Positions 39,787-53,459 of a stretch of 64,000 bases of DNA are shown in pieces. This DNA comes from Eledone cirrhosa (taxonomy: Eukaryota): positions 386,632,001 to 386,696,000 of the forward strand of contig OZ024741.1 of NCBI GenBank assembly GCA_964016885.1, in the 5' to 3' direction. The position numbers and the translations under genes were made by a program. The stretch's first letter is position 1, and each line of letters begins with the position of its first letter. Below the pieces are notes generated by a model. The model did not search any database, was not told the origin of the DNA, and saw only the letters and a list, made by a program, of their open reading frames with translations.

Positions 39787-42240
39787 TTATATATCATGTT
39801 TGATAATTTAGAGTTAAGGAATATAAACTAATGATAAAATATAGATTTTTTTAAATGATGTCCCCGAAGGTGTATGACCCAAAGTTATAGCTTATTTAGC
39901 TTATAGATAAGTCCAGCACTGGATAGATTTAGTATTGTTTAGTTATTATTAGTTTAATTAGCTCTTAGGTAGAAGAGTTATCTCTGTCACAATCAGTTGT
40001 CTGGTATAGCTAGTTCAGCATCCATTTTTTTTTCTTTATTTTTGACATGTCAATGAAAGTTACTGTGTAGAATGTAAACCTCTAATGCCAGTAGGCACCA
40101 ACTATCAAGTCTCTCCCAGGCTCTAGGTAGCATTAGTATAACTAAATGACCCAATGTGTCCCTCTTTTGATATAAAAAAAAGTAAGAGGGGGTAGTGGAT
40201 TGGTGGAGCGTCGGATAAAATGCCATCCTCTCTCTCTCTCTCTTTCATTATATATATATATATATATAGGCACAGAAATATCTATACTATATATATATAT
40301 GTGTGTGCGTGCGTGCGTGCGTGGGGGGGGGGGTGCTTGTGCGTGCGTGCAGTCATACATATACATTTTCACAAAAAAACATGTAGAATTTACACATTAT
40401 ACCAGGCTTGAACACCTTTCTTGGTGATTAATTGTGGTCTCCTGAAAGAAGTACAGCATTCGAAGGCAGACCATTATACCGGAATATATTATTGCTCATT
40501 TCATGTCATGTAACGTCTGTTTTTTACTTATTACAATTATTAGGAAAAAAAACAATTATATTTCTTTTTTACATCTTAAAATATATTTCGTAAACTAACT
40601 GAGGTTCAGCGAAACAATGTTTGTTTGTTTATTTCAAAATGTGGTCTCATTAGATGTCAGTGAAATTTTATGCCACATTTCAGCATAAAAATGTCCTCAT
40701 CCCTGCATTATACTATAAATAAAAATAATTCAATCGATTTAGAATCCCCTAATCACTAAACCACGCACCTTCACTGTGATACTATGTATGCATGAACCCG
40801 TAACTTCTGATGGAGTTCTAGGGGCTCCATATTTACATATGGCGTTTCTTGGGGCAGTTTCAAACTTTGCGAAACCCATCTCCTCTCCAGGTCTGAACAC
40901 AGCCTATTTCTTCCAGAAAAGGATAGAGAAAAAAGCAGTGAGAAAGAGATATAGAGGAAGAATCAATCCCAGTATTGGACTGGTACTTTTTTTATCGACC
41001 TTGAAAGGATGAAAGGCAAAGTTGACCTCGGCGGGATTTGAACTCAGAGAACAGAAAGCCGGAACGAGTACCACAAAACTATTTGTTTTAGCGTCTCTGC
41101 CAATTCATTGCCTCTATAATATTATATTATACCATAAACATGTTTTATACACAAAGAAGTTGTAGTTTAACTATATCGGACAGTCCAAACCTCGGGCTGA
41201 ACCCACATATCGTAACAACTAAATATGTTATCTGTTTTATTGTTATCTCTCTTAACAGACTGCAGTTGGTAGTGTTGGACCACCGGCGGTTCTGACGACG
41301 AGTGATCCACCTTGCTTGTGAAATGAATGTGACAAGTGATTGGGCATTTCAGAGACTCGTATCTCCTTTACGTTGTTCTCGGGCGATTCCGAGTGACACA
41401 AAGTGTGACATGCTTGTCCTTTGAATTACAGGTACAATTTACTTTGGGACACGACGTGCTGCGACTCGTTCTCCGCCTTGTCGCTTCGGTCACAAGCCCG
41501 GCTCCGCCGCTCGTTATGCAGAGGAAAGAGAGGTAGTTAAATACCGGGGCTTGACTGACTGCTTCCTCTTTGTACCAGTCTCTATCGAGACCCCTGGTTC
41601 TTTCAACCCATTGCTGACTTTCTTCCGTAATATTGGAAAGATGACGGCCTGGTTGAGGAAGGAGCCTCGTGAGGTGGGGTGGCTGTAACAGCGGGTGTCT
41701 CTGGCATTCCCCCCTTCAATGGTGTGTTATGTTTTTGTATAAACAGCTTTGTAAAATAAAATAGTAACATTCACTTTTTCCAGCTGAATAGACTGGAACA
41801 TCATGAAAAAAAAAAGTGTTTTGCTCAAGGGCACAAGGGGCCGCCAGGAAATGAACTAATGGCTTCACATCCTAACCATTAAGCTACGTACCTTCACAAC
41901 AGACCACAGTATAATTTTATTGAAGTTGCTGATTATTATTTTTTTCTTCTTCATTCCATTGACTTCCGTCTGATCTAATTTCATGCTAACTTAAACCCCA
42001 ACCAAGTAGCGAAACGATCTTTCGTCATTGACAACGCCTAAAATAATTAAAAGAGCCATGTAATTACTCCTAATTAATGAAATGGAATGTATCAGATCGG
42101 ATAAGATTGGATTGGTTATTTTAGCTAGATGGCAGCGATTCACATTGAAATCCCGCGGTTATGAGTTCGAATCTTATCACTGACATTTTAGCTTGGTAAA
42201 ATAAACATATTTCGTGTGTCTGAGTGTGTATATATATATT

Positions 42241-42308
<68 letters not shown>

Positions 42309-43253
42309 AAATGGCGTCTATAGGACTAGAACTGTTAAGGTAGCACTATTAATATGTGGTAGGTGTAGGAGGATTTTTGTAGTTGTTATAGGTCAAATCT
42401 ATTAGAGTACATGGTCGTTCCAGCATTCACCATCTCGCCATTTTTTTTTTGTTTGTTTGTTCAGGCATAGTATATCCAACCCACATCATTCAAATGTAAC
42501 CTTCCGTTTTCAAGGCGGTAAGTTGTGATTTGAGGAAGATTTCGTTGATATTCTTAACAAGTTGAGCGACCATGTAATAGTTTTCTTACTGTCTCGCAAA
42601 AATATCCCCACCTCTCTCTCTCTCTTCACCCTTTTTCTTCTACCTCTTCTTCCGAGCTCAAGAGGCAATGGGCGGAAGTTAAGGGTCCATGTCATATATT
42701 TATACATATATATATGTGTGTGTGTGTGCGTGTACAGGAAGTTAATCACTGTGGATGCATAGCTTTACAGGTAAAATGACTATCAGTAAAGTTGCACATG
42801 GAAAAACAAGCTCAGAGGACATATATGGTATATTTATAAATATTTGAAAGCCTTTAGCTATGAACTTTGGAAGCTAGTGGCAGGGCACCACCTAGCGTGT
42901 TCCAGCAGAAGCAAAGGGGAAATTACCGACGACCGTTTCAGAGCTAGTGAAAATATATGCTTTTTTCAAAAATACACAGTGACTGATCGGCCTGATTTAC
43001 ATATTAGCAGACTGGCTAATCAGTCAGATCTGCATATTAGCATATCCTCTGATCAGCCGGATTTGCATATCAGCAGACTGGCCAGTCAGTTTCCTGTATA
43101 CGAGCGATAAATGGCCGGCTTTGCCAAATTCAATTTTATAGCCATGTTTGAGGCTTGTTTGCATAATTGCAAACGAATCGAATGTTATTATTAATATTCG
43201 AAAACTCAGATTACATTTATTCTATTCAGCCATGTAGAGCGAAATTTTCTTTT

Positions 43254-43284
<31 letters not shown>

Positions 43285-43285
<1 letters not shown>

Positions 43286-43621
43286 TAGAAAGTGAGGTTT
43301 TTTTTACAAAATGAAAAATAACCGAGGTGTCCTACACGAGTGAAAGTATAAAGAAAAAGAGATGAAATCGAAAATGCAACTGAAGTCTTATTTTTTTTTA
43401 AAATATATATATTTATTTGGTTCCTTTACCGGTTTCGCAGTTCTTCTGCTTTTCAAAAGGTGAGTTGAGATGGAGGGTCTGTGGTTTTTCTCACATACCC
43501 TCCATCTCAACTCACCTTTTGAAAAGCAGAAGAACTGCGAAACCGGTAAAGGAACCAAATAAATATATATATTTTAAAAAAAAATAAGACTTCAGTTGCA
43601 TTTTCGATTTCATCTCTTTTT

Positions 43622-43627
<6 letters not shown>
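43285..43627. mobile_element. Family C fold-back copy with two mirror HHRs (43423-43460 -, 43515-43552 +)
   Basis: 43349-43478 = rc of 43497-43627; intact cctt-TTGAAAA...GAAA-ccgg-TA-aagg; flanked by (TA)n. Confidence 0.85.
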
Positions 43628-43674
<47 letters not shown>

Positions 43675-43846
43675 TGATGGCTGCAAACTCTGCTAGCTAA
43701 GAGTATTGCAATCGCTTGTCAGATTACAGAGTCTGTTGCACTTTTAGGCCACGGCCAGCCACACGAACTCATTACAAATCCTGAACAAGCAATGCCTGTG
43801 CTTTGGAGGTTTTATATATATATATATATATATATTACGAATTATC

Positions 43847-43969
43847 CATTTTCTGATGAATTGTTGATGTTAAAACGTCCATTGTAGTGCGGAAATGATC
43901 GGAAATAACAATATTTCCTAACAAACATGTAGACAATGATATAACTCAATAACGAAACATGTAAAAATG
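43847..43969 (+). ncRNA. Hammerhead ribozyme with ~94-nt stem II
   Basis: catttt-CTGATGA-[ttgttga/tcaataa, gtta/taac, cattgt/acaatg, ggaaat/atttcc]-GAAA-catg-TA-aaaatg. Confidence 0.7.
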
Positions 43970-44189
43970 TATAATTAAATAATATGTTTTTCTAATCACG
44001 CCTTGTATGTTTTTCCTAACACATTAATTATATATATATATTTGTTCTAATTATTATTTCTTTTTCTCCCTTCCAGTTCCCTATAGCTCACTAGTCCCAC
44101 CTCACATCGAGCCAACCCCTTAAATATCACTTACATAACAGCACCAGCAAGGACTAGGTGCAACTACACTGTCTACACACAACACCCCC

Positions 44190-44251
<62 letters not shown>

Positions 44252-44968
44252 ATCTATATCTATGTATATATATATACATACATAATCTTGCGTGTATGCC
44301 ACTTTTAACTGTCACCTGTCGCCTGTCCCTTGCTAACTTTTGTCAGCTTGTTAGCTCTTTCTAGCAAGAACAAAACAGAACCCATAAATATTCCTCTCCT
44401 CTTTAATATCTGATTTATAAAATAAATAAACAAATTCTGTATAACGATTTTATTGATCCTTTATTGCCGACATTATCGATCCAGTATTACCGACATTATT
44501 GATCCGTTACTGCAGGCATTATCTGTTATCTGTGATTTTGGTTTGTTTGTTTGTTTATTTTTTTGTTTTTGTTCGTAATTCAATGGTGCTGTCTGTTATA
44601 TAAATCTATAGTGTTGTTGCCTCAGATAAAGTCCATTGGAGAGGTGTCACCGGGCTAGGCCGTGCTGATCGATAATAACTACCATTTCTTGATAACAACA
44701 TCGATTTCGAGTTAACTGTTAACCATAGAGCCTCTAGATGGTAGCCCTAACCGATGGAAAGAGTAGCTGCGTCTCCCTCAAAATCATACCCTAGCTATCT
44801 TTAAAAAATAAACAGAAAGAAATTAAAACATATATAGAATTATGTAGTCCTAACGTGGCAAGTAGTAAAGGTTGCGAGTTCGATTCCTGGACTGGGTTGT
44901 GTTGTGTTCTTGAGCAAAACACTTCATTTCACGTTGCTCCAGTATATTCAGCTGAAATTGAGTACTAG

Positions 44969-45014
<46 letters not shown>

Positions 45015-45020
<6 letters not shown>

Positions 45021-46005
45021 AAGACGTAAAATAAGAAAATTTTTTTAAGAAATTTTAAAGAATTAACTTACTTACTTAAATTTTCACTCCAACTAATTAG
45101 TTTCTGCAATGGGATAAAGACAGTTACGTAATGAACTGTTGAGAATTTCATTGCGTCATCAGGGAGGTCTATTCTCAGCCAAGTCTCCAGGCAATGCGCG
45201 GACACTGGGGACTCATATAAAAATAATAATAATTCGGTAAATGGAACAGCTATCGAGGACTGGATTCCAGGCACTGAAAATTCTCACTGCCACTGGTTTT
45301 TTTAAAAATTTTCTTATTTTACGTCTTTTATATTATTGTTCTGCATCCTCCTGCATTGAACCACCTAGGTACTATGACATAACCTGTGTATTTGCTGGCA
45401 TTGGCGTACATCTGTGCGCTTTTGTTAGTAGATATATTAAATTATCTATATTTATCTCCAAATCACTGATTTGTCGAGCAAACCTGCCAAAACCACTACT
45501 AAATTTTGGGGGGGTGTTAGTAGGCGTCTGTCATCTTACCATCCCATTCCTACTGACTAGCCTCTGTGTCACGTGATTGATTCTTTAGAATCGGCCATTT
45601 GACCAGTGGCAGTGAGAATTTTCAGTGCCTGGAATCCAGTCCTCGATAGCTGTTCCATTTACCGAATTATTATTATTTTTATATGAGTCCCCAGTGTCCG
45701 CGCATTGCCTGGAGACTTGGCTGAGAATAGACCTCCCTGATGACGCAATGAAATTCTCAACAGTTCATTACGTAACTGTCTTTATCCCATTGCAGAAACT
45801 AATTAGTTGGAGTGAAAATTTAAGTAAGTTAATTCTTTAAAAAAAAAAAAAAGAAAAAAAAAAATGTTCTTATTTTACGTCTTTTATATTATTGTTCTGC
45901 ATCCTCCTGCATTGAACCACCTAGGTACTATGACATAACCTGTGTATTTGCTGACATTGGCGTACATCTGTGCGCTTATGTTAGTAGATATATTAAATTA
46001 TCTAT
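45015..46005 (+). mobile_element. ORF-less mini-PLE/retrozyme-like element: 556-bp unit with partial tandem repeat and inverted 5' segment
   Basis: 45311-45449 repeated at 45867-46005; 45019-45297 = rc of 45602-45886; CTGATGA..stem..GTAA motif at 45737-45780; flanked by (TA)n. Confidence 0.75.
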
Positions 46006-46075
46006 CTATATATATATATATAACGGCGATGAATTAGTTTTGCGAAGTTTTTTGTGTATATAAACAGACTAAATA

Positions 46076-46365
46076 AAGATGGCGTAGACATACAATGTAA
46101 CGGGAGGAAACAATAGCACCACTGACGATGTTGTAGATGTGCAACGAAAGAACTTTGATAAACTATATATATGTGTTTGTGTCTATATTGTATCTGTATT
46201 ATTTTTGACCGTTGGTCAGTCAATGGCAACATTGAGGACCGAATAAATTAGATTACCGATATAAAAGACACAGAAGCGAAAAGCGAAAACCAACCAAACA
46301 GTGAGTGTATTCTGTTATTAATTCTGGCAATATTACACAAATATGACCCTCCCCAAGTATAACTA
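46076..46365 (+). mobile_element. Family A pLTR with HHR (46120-46157)
   Basis: Homologous to 31329-31616. Confidence 0.75.
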
Positions 46366-46382
46366 TATATATATATATATAT

Positions 46383-46610
46383 AGTCGATTGACTTTCGTT
46401 AAATCGTACCGAGGAAATAATGTTTCCATATGTTTCCATCGGTCTTTCCAATTGATAATACTGTCTATCGGTCGCAACTCCAGGTAGAAGGAGTAACGTG
46501 AAATAAAGTGTCTTGCTCAAGGACATAACGCATCACCCTATCCGCAAATCGAACTCACAACCTCACGATTGTGAATCCAATTCTCAAACTACTCAACCAC
46601 GCGCCTTCAC
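46383..46610 (-). mobile_element. S2 SINE
   Basis: Matches 10437-10638. Confidence 0.75.
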
Positions 46611-46989
46611 TAGCAATAGCTGGAGGTTTAACCATGCAATGAACTGGCATCCTGTCCAGCGGGAAGTTGTGTTCTCTCTCTCGTTTCACGTCACGGAAAC
46701 CGAGATAATTACCGGCCTGGCGTACTTCCGGGTTGAAGAAGGCATGATCATGATTGGAACGTCTTTTATGGCGGATCTTCTGTTCAGTCAGCTCTGATCT
46801 GGACCTAAATATTTAAAAAAACAGCAGCAGCAACAACAGCAACTAATGATGGGTTGGCTAAACATTCCACAAACACGTGTACTCTTAACGTAACTCTCAG
46901 GCCGAATTAGTGTGACACAATGCATGAAGGTAGGATACAAACCATAGAGAAAGAATGGACTGTAGTACGGGACTAAAAAAGTCTAAAGT

Positions 46990-47270
46990 CTGTCTCGAGT
47001 CCGGAGGCTCATCAGGCCAGGGCTTATCCCGGTTTCTGTCGTCTGAAGCAACTGAAAGTACAAGACCTTCCCATGGACAGGACGCCAGTCCATCGCAGAG
47101 TTAAACCCCCATCTATCGTTACTGGTATTCATTTTCACCTGAGTATACTAGAGCAATGTGAAATGAAGTGTTTTGCTCAAGAACACAACACACTATCCAG
47201 ACCAAGAATCGAACCCACGACGTTATGATCGTAAGTCAAACACCTTTACCACTAGACCACGCGCCTCCTC
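46990..47270 (-). mobile_element. S2-related SINE
   Basis: gaatcgaacccacgac B box; tgctcaagaacacaac. Confidence 0.65.
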
Positions 47271-47833
47271 CGATACTTACTTGCTTCATTTATCGACCCC
47301 GGATGGATGAAAAACAAAGTTGACATCGGTGGGATTTTAAACTCAGAACACGAACAACTTGAACGGATACCACAAGGGCATTTTTTCTATCCGACTCTTT
47401 AATGAATGACTGCCTTAAGAAGAGCCGATAGTGTTGCGTTTGATGAATTCCGTTGTAAAGATGTCACTTAACTGTGGTGTCGCTTGGTCGATAACAACAT
47501 CGATTTCTCCTGTCTTTCATCTTTGAATTGGACAAACACAAAGAGATTAGATAAAATAAATAGTTTTCTTATACAAGGCACCAAGTCAAATATTTTCTTT
47601 GTTTTTTTTTATTTATTTTCTTTGTTTTTGTTTCCATTGTTTGTTTGTTGTTTAGGAGAATGAAAATAGGAAGTTACTGTGTTCATTGCTTGGTCAAGGA
47701 CAGACATTAGAGCGAGCGATGTAAGCAAAAAGAAAATGACTGCAGCTAGGAAACATACAAAATATGGAGTCGAAGAGGACATGATTAGACGACAACAAAA
47801 CAGTACAGCTCAATGAGAAAGAGAGAGAGAGAG

Positions 47834-47915
<82 letters not shown>

Positions 47916-48639
47916 TCACCTGATCAGTCGACCTGTTAGAAATAGCAGTTAAATATCGCTGAAACCACACTTTTAAAAAATCATCTTTAAAAAAAAGAGC
48001 ATGTTGGATAATGTGGACGACTTGGATTCGTTCCATGTACAAAGAAAAAAAATGGGATGGTCACGAATGGAATGCGTTTCGTTATAGGCCTGATTGATCA
48101 GGATTATCTCGGGTCTAAATAAGATTTGACTACTATTTCTAACAGGTCGAATGACCGTTTAGGACATACCTATTCGATCGTCTCACACTCACGTAATTGT
48201 TGTTGGTTTTTATTTTCTAGCCCTAGGTCAGCACTAATTAAAAATATATATCAAAGCTTTCAAGCCATGACCATTTTGCATTTTCATGATCCACGAGACC
48301 ATACATGCATGGTCTTGTGAATCCTGTGGGAGTCATAGAGGCACCGTATTGACATATGGCATTTCTCGGACATTTTTAAACCCGACGGAGCCCATCTCGT
48401 CTCCAGGTCAGAATACATCAGATTTCTTCCAGAGAAGGATAGAGAAAGTGAGAGAAAGGAAGTGAGAAAGAAATGTAGAGGAAGAATCGACCCAGTACTT
48501 GACTGGTACTTTTTGATCAACCTCTATGTTTTCGTTGCTGTGTGGTTTGTCACCTGGCCTCGATTGTTTATTTATTTGTTCTCTCGTTTACTTATATATT
48601 TTGGTGATCGAGTCAAATTAGTCATTATGGCTCGTTCTT

Positions 48640-49272
48640 TACAGTCTGTTTGTTGACAGACGGTTTCCTTTTATCTAAGGGGCTTCCTTGATACGCAGGT
48701 TGCCTATGTTGTGTTCTGTGGCTAGTATCGGGACTGAGAGCTTCTTGTCGTTGTTTCCGCATTTACTGGTGTGTTTCTGGAATGACAAGGAATTAATGGT
48801 GACATGTTCTTTAATTCTGATTTGCAGGAGTCGTAATGTATTGCCGATGTAGTAATCAGTGCACTTGTCAGATTCTAGTTTATATACTATGTAAGGGGGA
48901 AATAGCTTGTGTTGCGTATTGGGCAGTTGCTAAGAGAGCACATGTTCTCTTCGTTGTGTGGTTGTTTCCTGGATAGGCAGCTCTGTTGACAACAATGGTG
49001 AATATCAAAAGAGGTGATGTTGAAGCAAAGCAAATTGCGGAACTGACACACTCCATCGGTGTGTCTACGACTGGGTGTTAGGGTACCGAAGTGTATAAGG
49101 ATACCACGTCTAGTTTGAAGGCATACCTGTTTTTCATGTGTGTGTCAGGGTCCAGTTAGTGGGGTCGTTTGATGAATTGTTCGGAACTGTTGACGCGGTC
49201 CGGTTTACTATCCTGGAAAGAAGTCAATGGATCTTATAAAGTGGTCCTTCCACACTGGATACAATGGGTCTA
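48640..49272 (-). pseudogene. Decayed, internally deleted Penelope-like element (RT fragment plus GIY-YIG)
   Basis: Hand translation: PIVSSVEGPLYKI, FKLDVVSLYTSVP, IVYKLESDKCTDYYIGNTLRLLQIRIK, ILATEHNIGNLRIKEA. Confidence 0.7.
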
Positions 49273-49317
49273 ATTTTAAAGTGGGGTTCTTTAAAGTGGG
49301 GTTCTTTTAAAGTGGGG

Positions 49318-49364
<47 letters not shown>

Positions 49365-50158
49365 CTAGGGAACGACAAACAGAAGTACAAAACGTCTTAT
49401 TAGTTTCACACTTTATATGGAAAAAGAGAAAGAAAGTTCGAAGTGTCGGGCTTTAGCCCATCATACATACATACATACATACATACATACATACATACAT
49501 ACATACATACATACATACATACATACATGATGATGGCTGCCCCCTCGTTATCGACTATGGCCATTGCACGATATACCATTATTAATAATTATTAATTAAT
49601 TCTATCGTGCAATTCTTGTGCATGAAGATATTTTTTAAAGTGAGGAAAGACTGTGCACTGAGCCAATCCCACTCTCTGAGCGACAGTAGCTATTACCCGA
49701 AAAGAAGAAAATATCAACATCATCGGTAACTACTGAGCCGCAGGTTTTATATCGGAGTTATCCCATACATACATACATACATACATACATACATACATAC
49801 ATACATACATACATACATACATACATACATAGCAACAGACAGCAACTTCTTTTTCCGTTTTTAAGAGTTTTCACCCTATTTTATAAATTATTTTATAGCA
49901 TCTTGGCACATGAGCATCATTCTTTATATATATACATATACATACATATATATATATATACACACACACAAGCTTGATAATACTGATAAGATTCAACGAT
50001 ATCTCGTTAAAACTATTGAACAAATATGTTTAGGTACATTTTTATTTATCCACAGCCACCAGAAAACAAAAGAAAACTAATAAGAAAATTATAATTTAAA
50101 AAAAAATTAACGTAACTAAGATTAAATTAGATTTTATATTCAGCCAATGCTGCTGAAA

Positions 50159-50517
50159 TAATTGTTTCTACTTTTGGCACAAGGCCAACAATTACCCCAG
50201 TGCATTACTGGTACTTTATTTTATCGACCCCGTAAGGATGAAAGGTAAAGTTAACCTCGGCGGGATTTGAACTCAGATCGTAAAGAGACGTAACTATGCA
50301 GAAAAGCATGTCCGACCCTCTACCGATACTGCTGAAATAATTGTTTCTACTTTTGGCACAAGGTCAGCAATTACCCAGTGCATTACTGGTACTTTATTTT
50401 ATCGACCCCGTAAGGATGAAAGGCAAAGTTAACTTCGGCGGGATTTGAACTCAGAATGGCAAGGACCGTAACTCTATGCGTCAAAGCATGGTGTCCGACC
50501 CTCTACCGATACTGCCA
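50159..50517 (-). mobile_element. Two S1 SINEs in tandem
   Basis: tgctgaaataattgtttctacttttggcacaagg block repeated about 178 bp apart. Confidence 0.8.
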
Positions 50518-52839
50518 TCTATCAACATACTGTCTAGTCATTTCACTAAATATTACCGAGATTATTCTCTCATAGGTATGGGTGATAGCTTGATGATGTA
50601 GTTAATAAGTTGACTTTAAAACTACTTGCTTTCAAGTTCGATCATTGTACAGTAGCTTAGAGTTGACTATATCCTTCTAAGTGGAATTTGGTAGAAACAA
50701 TTATATGGAAAACTGTCCGGGCAACTGTTCTTGTTTTTGGATGGTAGATTTAATCCGTCATCTGGCTTAACACCACCACCTTATCCTTGGTTAACATTAG
50801 CAGAGTTCACTCTGCTACAAGTATTTTAGCATGGTCTTCGGACTGAGGATAATTTCTTCCCTTCTTCCTATCAGTTTCAAAGACCCTGAAAAAAATACTG
50901 GATACTGCTATTATTTCTGTGATTAAATGATAAGAATTACTACAAAATTATACGTGGAGAGTGAATGATGTGAAATTTATGCATGTCTAAAAGGTTAGGT
51001 CATAATTACTATGAAATTGTTATCTACGAAATCATTTGAAATCGCGTTCAAGACTGAGTTTGTTAGAACTCTGAAATTCTTATGTAAATCTACTGCGATA
51101 AACTAACGACACTAAGACTCCATCGTCGCAACAAGATTGTCTCTACGTGTTCGTTCAATATGCTAGACACAACAGCTCAATATCCTTTAAATTATAATTT
51201 ACCATCGATAAAAGCAATGGGATAGTCACGTCTGATACGCCTTTGAGCATCTGACGGGACACAACCGATATCTTCCTTAGAAACAACGAGAAAGAGAAAG
51301 TGATAATGGTAGAGAGAGATAGAAGAAGAATCTATACCCATCGACCTCGAAAGGATAAGATTCAAAGTTAACTTCAGTGGGATTTCAACTCAGGGGTCAG
51401 AAGAAAGAAATATTGAGGTATTTTTTAATACTAATGGGAAGGAAAGTATTATTAGTGTTTGATAGCAAGAAACAATTTAAATATGTTTTGGTCTATTATA
51501 CATCATCAACATAGCATATATTTACAAGACTGGCGGTCAGACAACAAATTTTTACATGAAGAAAAATAGTTACGAATAACTTTCGCTCAGTATAATTTGC
51601 ATAATTAAGAATAAGATAAACTCAGAGTAATATTTTGATGTTACTTTGTCTGCTTATCTCATGTTTTTTTGCATCTTATCAGCCAGACTCTTGTAGTTGC
51701 GCTGGATCAACGGATTTAGATCTTGTCTCTAATTCATGCTCATGAGTGAACGGAGTTGCTGCTTCAGATACAGCTGCTGTTGTCATTGTCACTACCACTG
51801 TCACCGCCGCCGCTGCTACTACAATCATTGTTATGCAGTCCAATTTCTGCTCTGAATTGAGCATCCCTTCTGACAGGTAGATTACTTTTAGCAAAAACGG
51901 TAAGACTGTTTATTGACGTCTACCACTTATTCACCATCTCTTGCCACCACATTCAATATATTAAGGGACAACCCACCTCGTGGTCTCGGCCGACAGGAGG
52001 GAGAAAATATTGCCTTGGAAGATGACGAGGGAGATGCACTGGAACAGCCACTCCGCCTCACGGGTCTCGCAGTTGTGGATAGACAGCTCTGCTCCGATAG
52101 CAGGGAGCAGGGATGTGGCCCGAGGTTGATAATTGGCAGGTAGACAGTTGGTAGAATATTTTTTTTTTCATACAGTGTTTGTAGAACTATATAACCTAAT
52201 GAATCCTGCCGTTTTTAAAGATGGTATGGTGTCATTTGAAAGAGATTTGGCTCTTGTTTTTAGCAAATTGAACGACAGCAGCTAAGCAGATCCAGTCGTT
52301 TGCTTGGATTAGTTTTCGTTCCTACTGCTGTTGTTGTTGTTGTTTAGCTTCCAGGTCGGTTCGAATTGAGATGACCAATGATCAAAGGCATTCCAGCTAT
52401 GGCAATTCTATCTCATCTTATTTTTTTACAGACAAAGTCTATCTAGAATTATATTATCCAACGTGTTCTTCCTTTTTAGCAAATTCAGTGACATTCTTTA
52501 CTGCTGCTGCTGCTATTGTTGCTGCTGCTGCTATTGTTGTTGCTGCTGTTGTTGTTGCTGTTGTTGTTGTTTTAGCTGTTACAAACCACTGTTGTTATTT
52601 TAAGGAGCAGCATCTACAGATTGCTAGATGGAAGATTATTTATAATGTTCACGTATTCATGAAAATCAACGTTGCTTCCTCACTGCTCTTATTTCCACCG
52701 CAATTATAGAACTAAGTAAAGAAATCAGAAAATGGCTACTGCTATTGATTGATGCGTTGACACACACATACACACACACTCCCCCTCTCACACACACACA
52801 CATGCATGTACACACGCAATTTATTATATAGATATATGC

Positions 52840-52951
<112 letters not shown>

Positions 52952-53027
52952 GTACATGTTTATGAATGCATATACGCATATGCGGACAAATGTATGTTTG
53001 CCTATTTGTGTGCGCACACACGCACGC

Positions 53028-53137
<110 letters not shown>

Positions 53138-53331
53138 TAGCGAGAATCGTATTTCGACTTTGGAATTAGCGAAAAACAACTTCCGAGATGTGTGGCAAGC
53201 GCTCAATAATTTTGACGAACCAGAGCTACAACATACGTTAAAGGCCAAACACACTGAGACGATGGTTAAACCGTCAGACGCACAGCCATAGAAACGACCA
53301 AGTAATTCGGGTCAAACAAATATGTGATTGA

Positions 53332-53442
<111 letters not shown>

Positions 53443-53459
53443 CATACATATATATATAT

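Noticed and set aside
42112-42186. tRNA gene
   Set aside because: A/B-box-like motifs are present but a cloverleaf cannot be completed; probably a SINE head.
51679-51894. Possible host exon
   Set aside because: Low-complexity trinucleotide-derived sequence with no recognisable homology.
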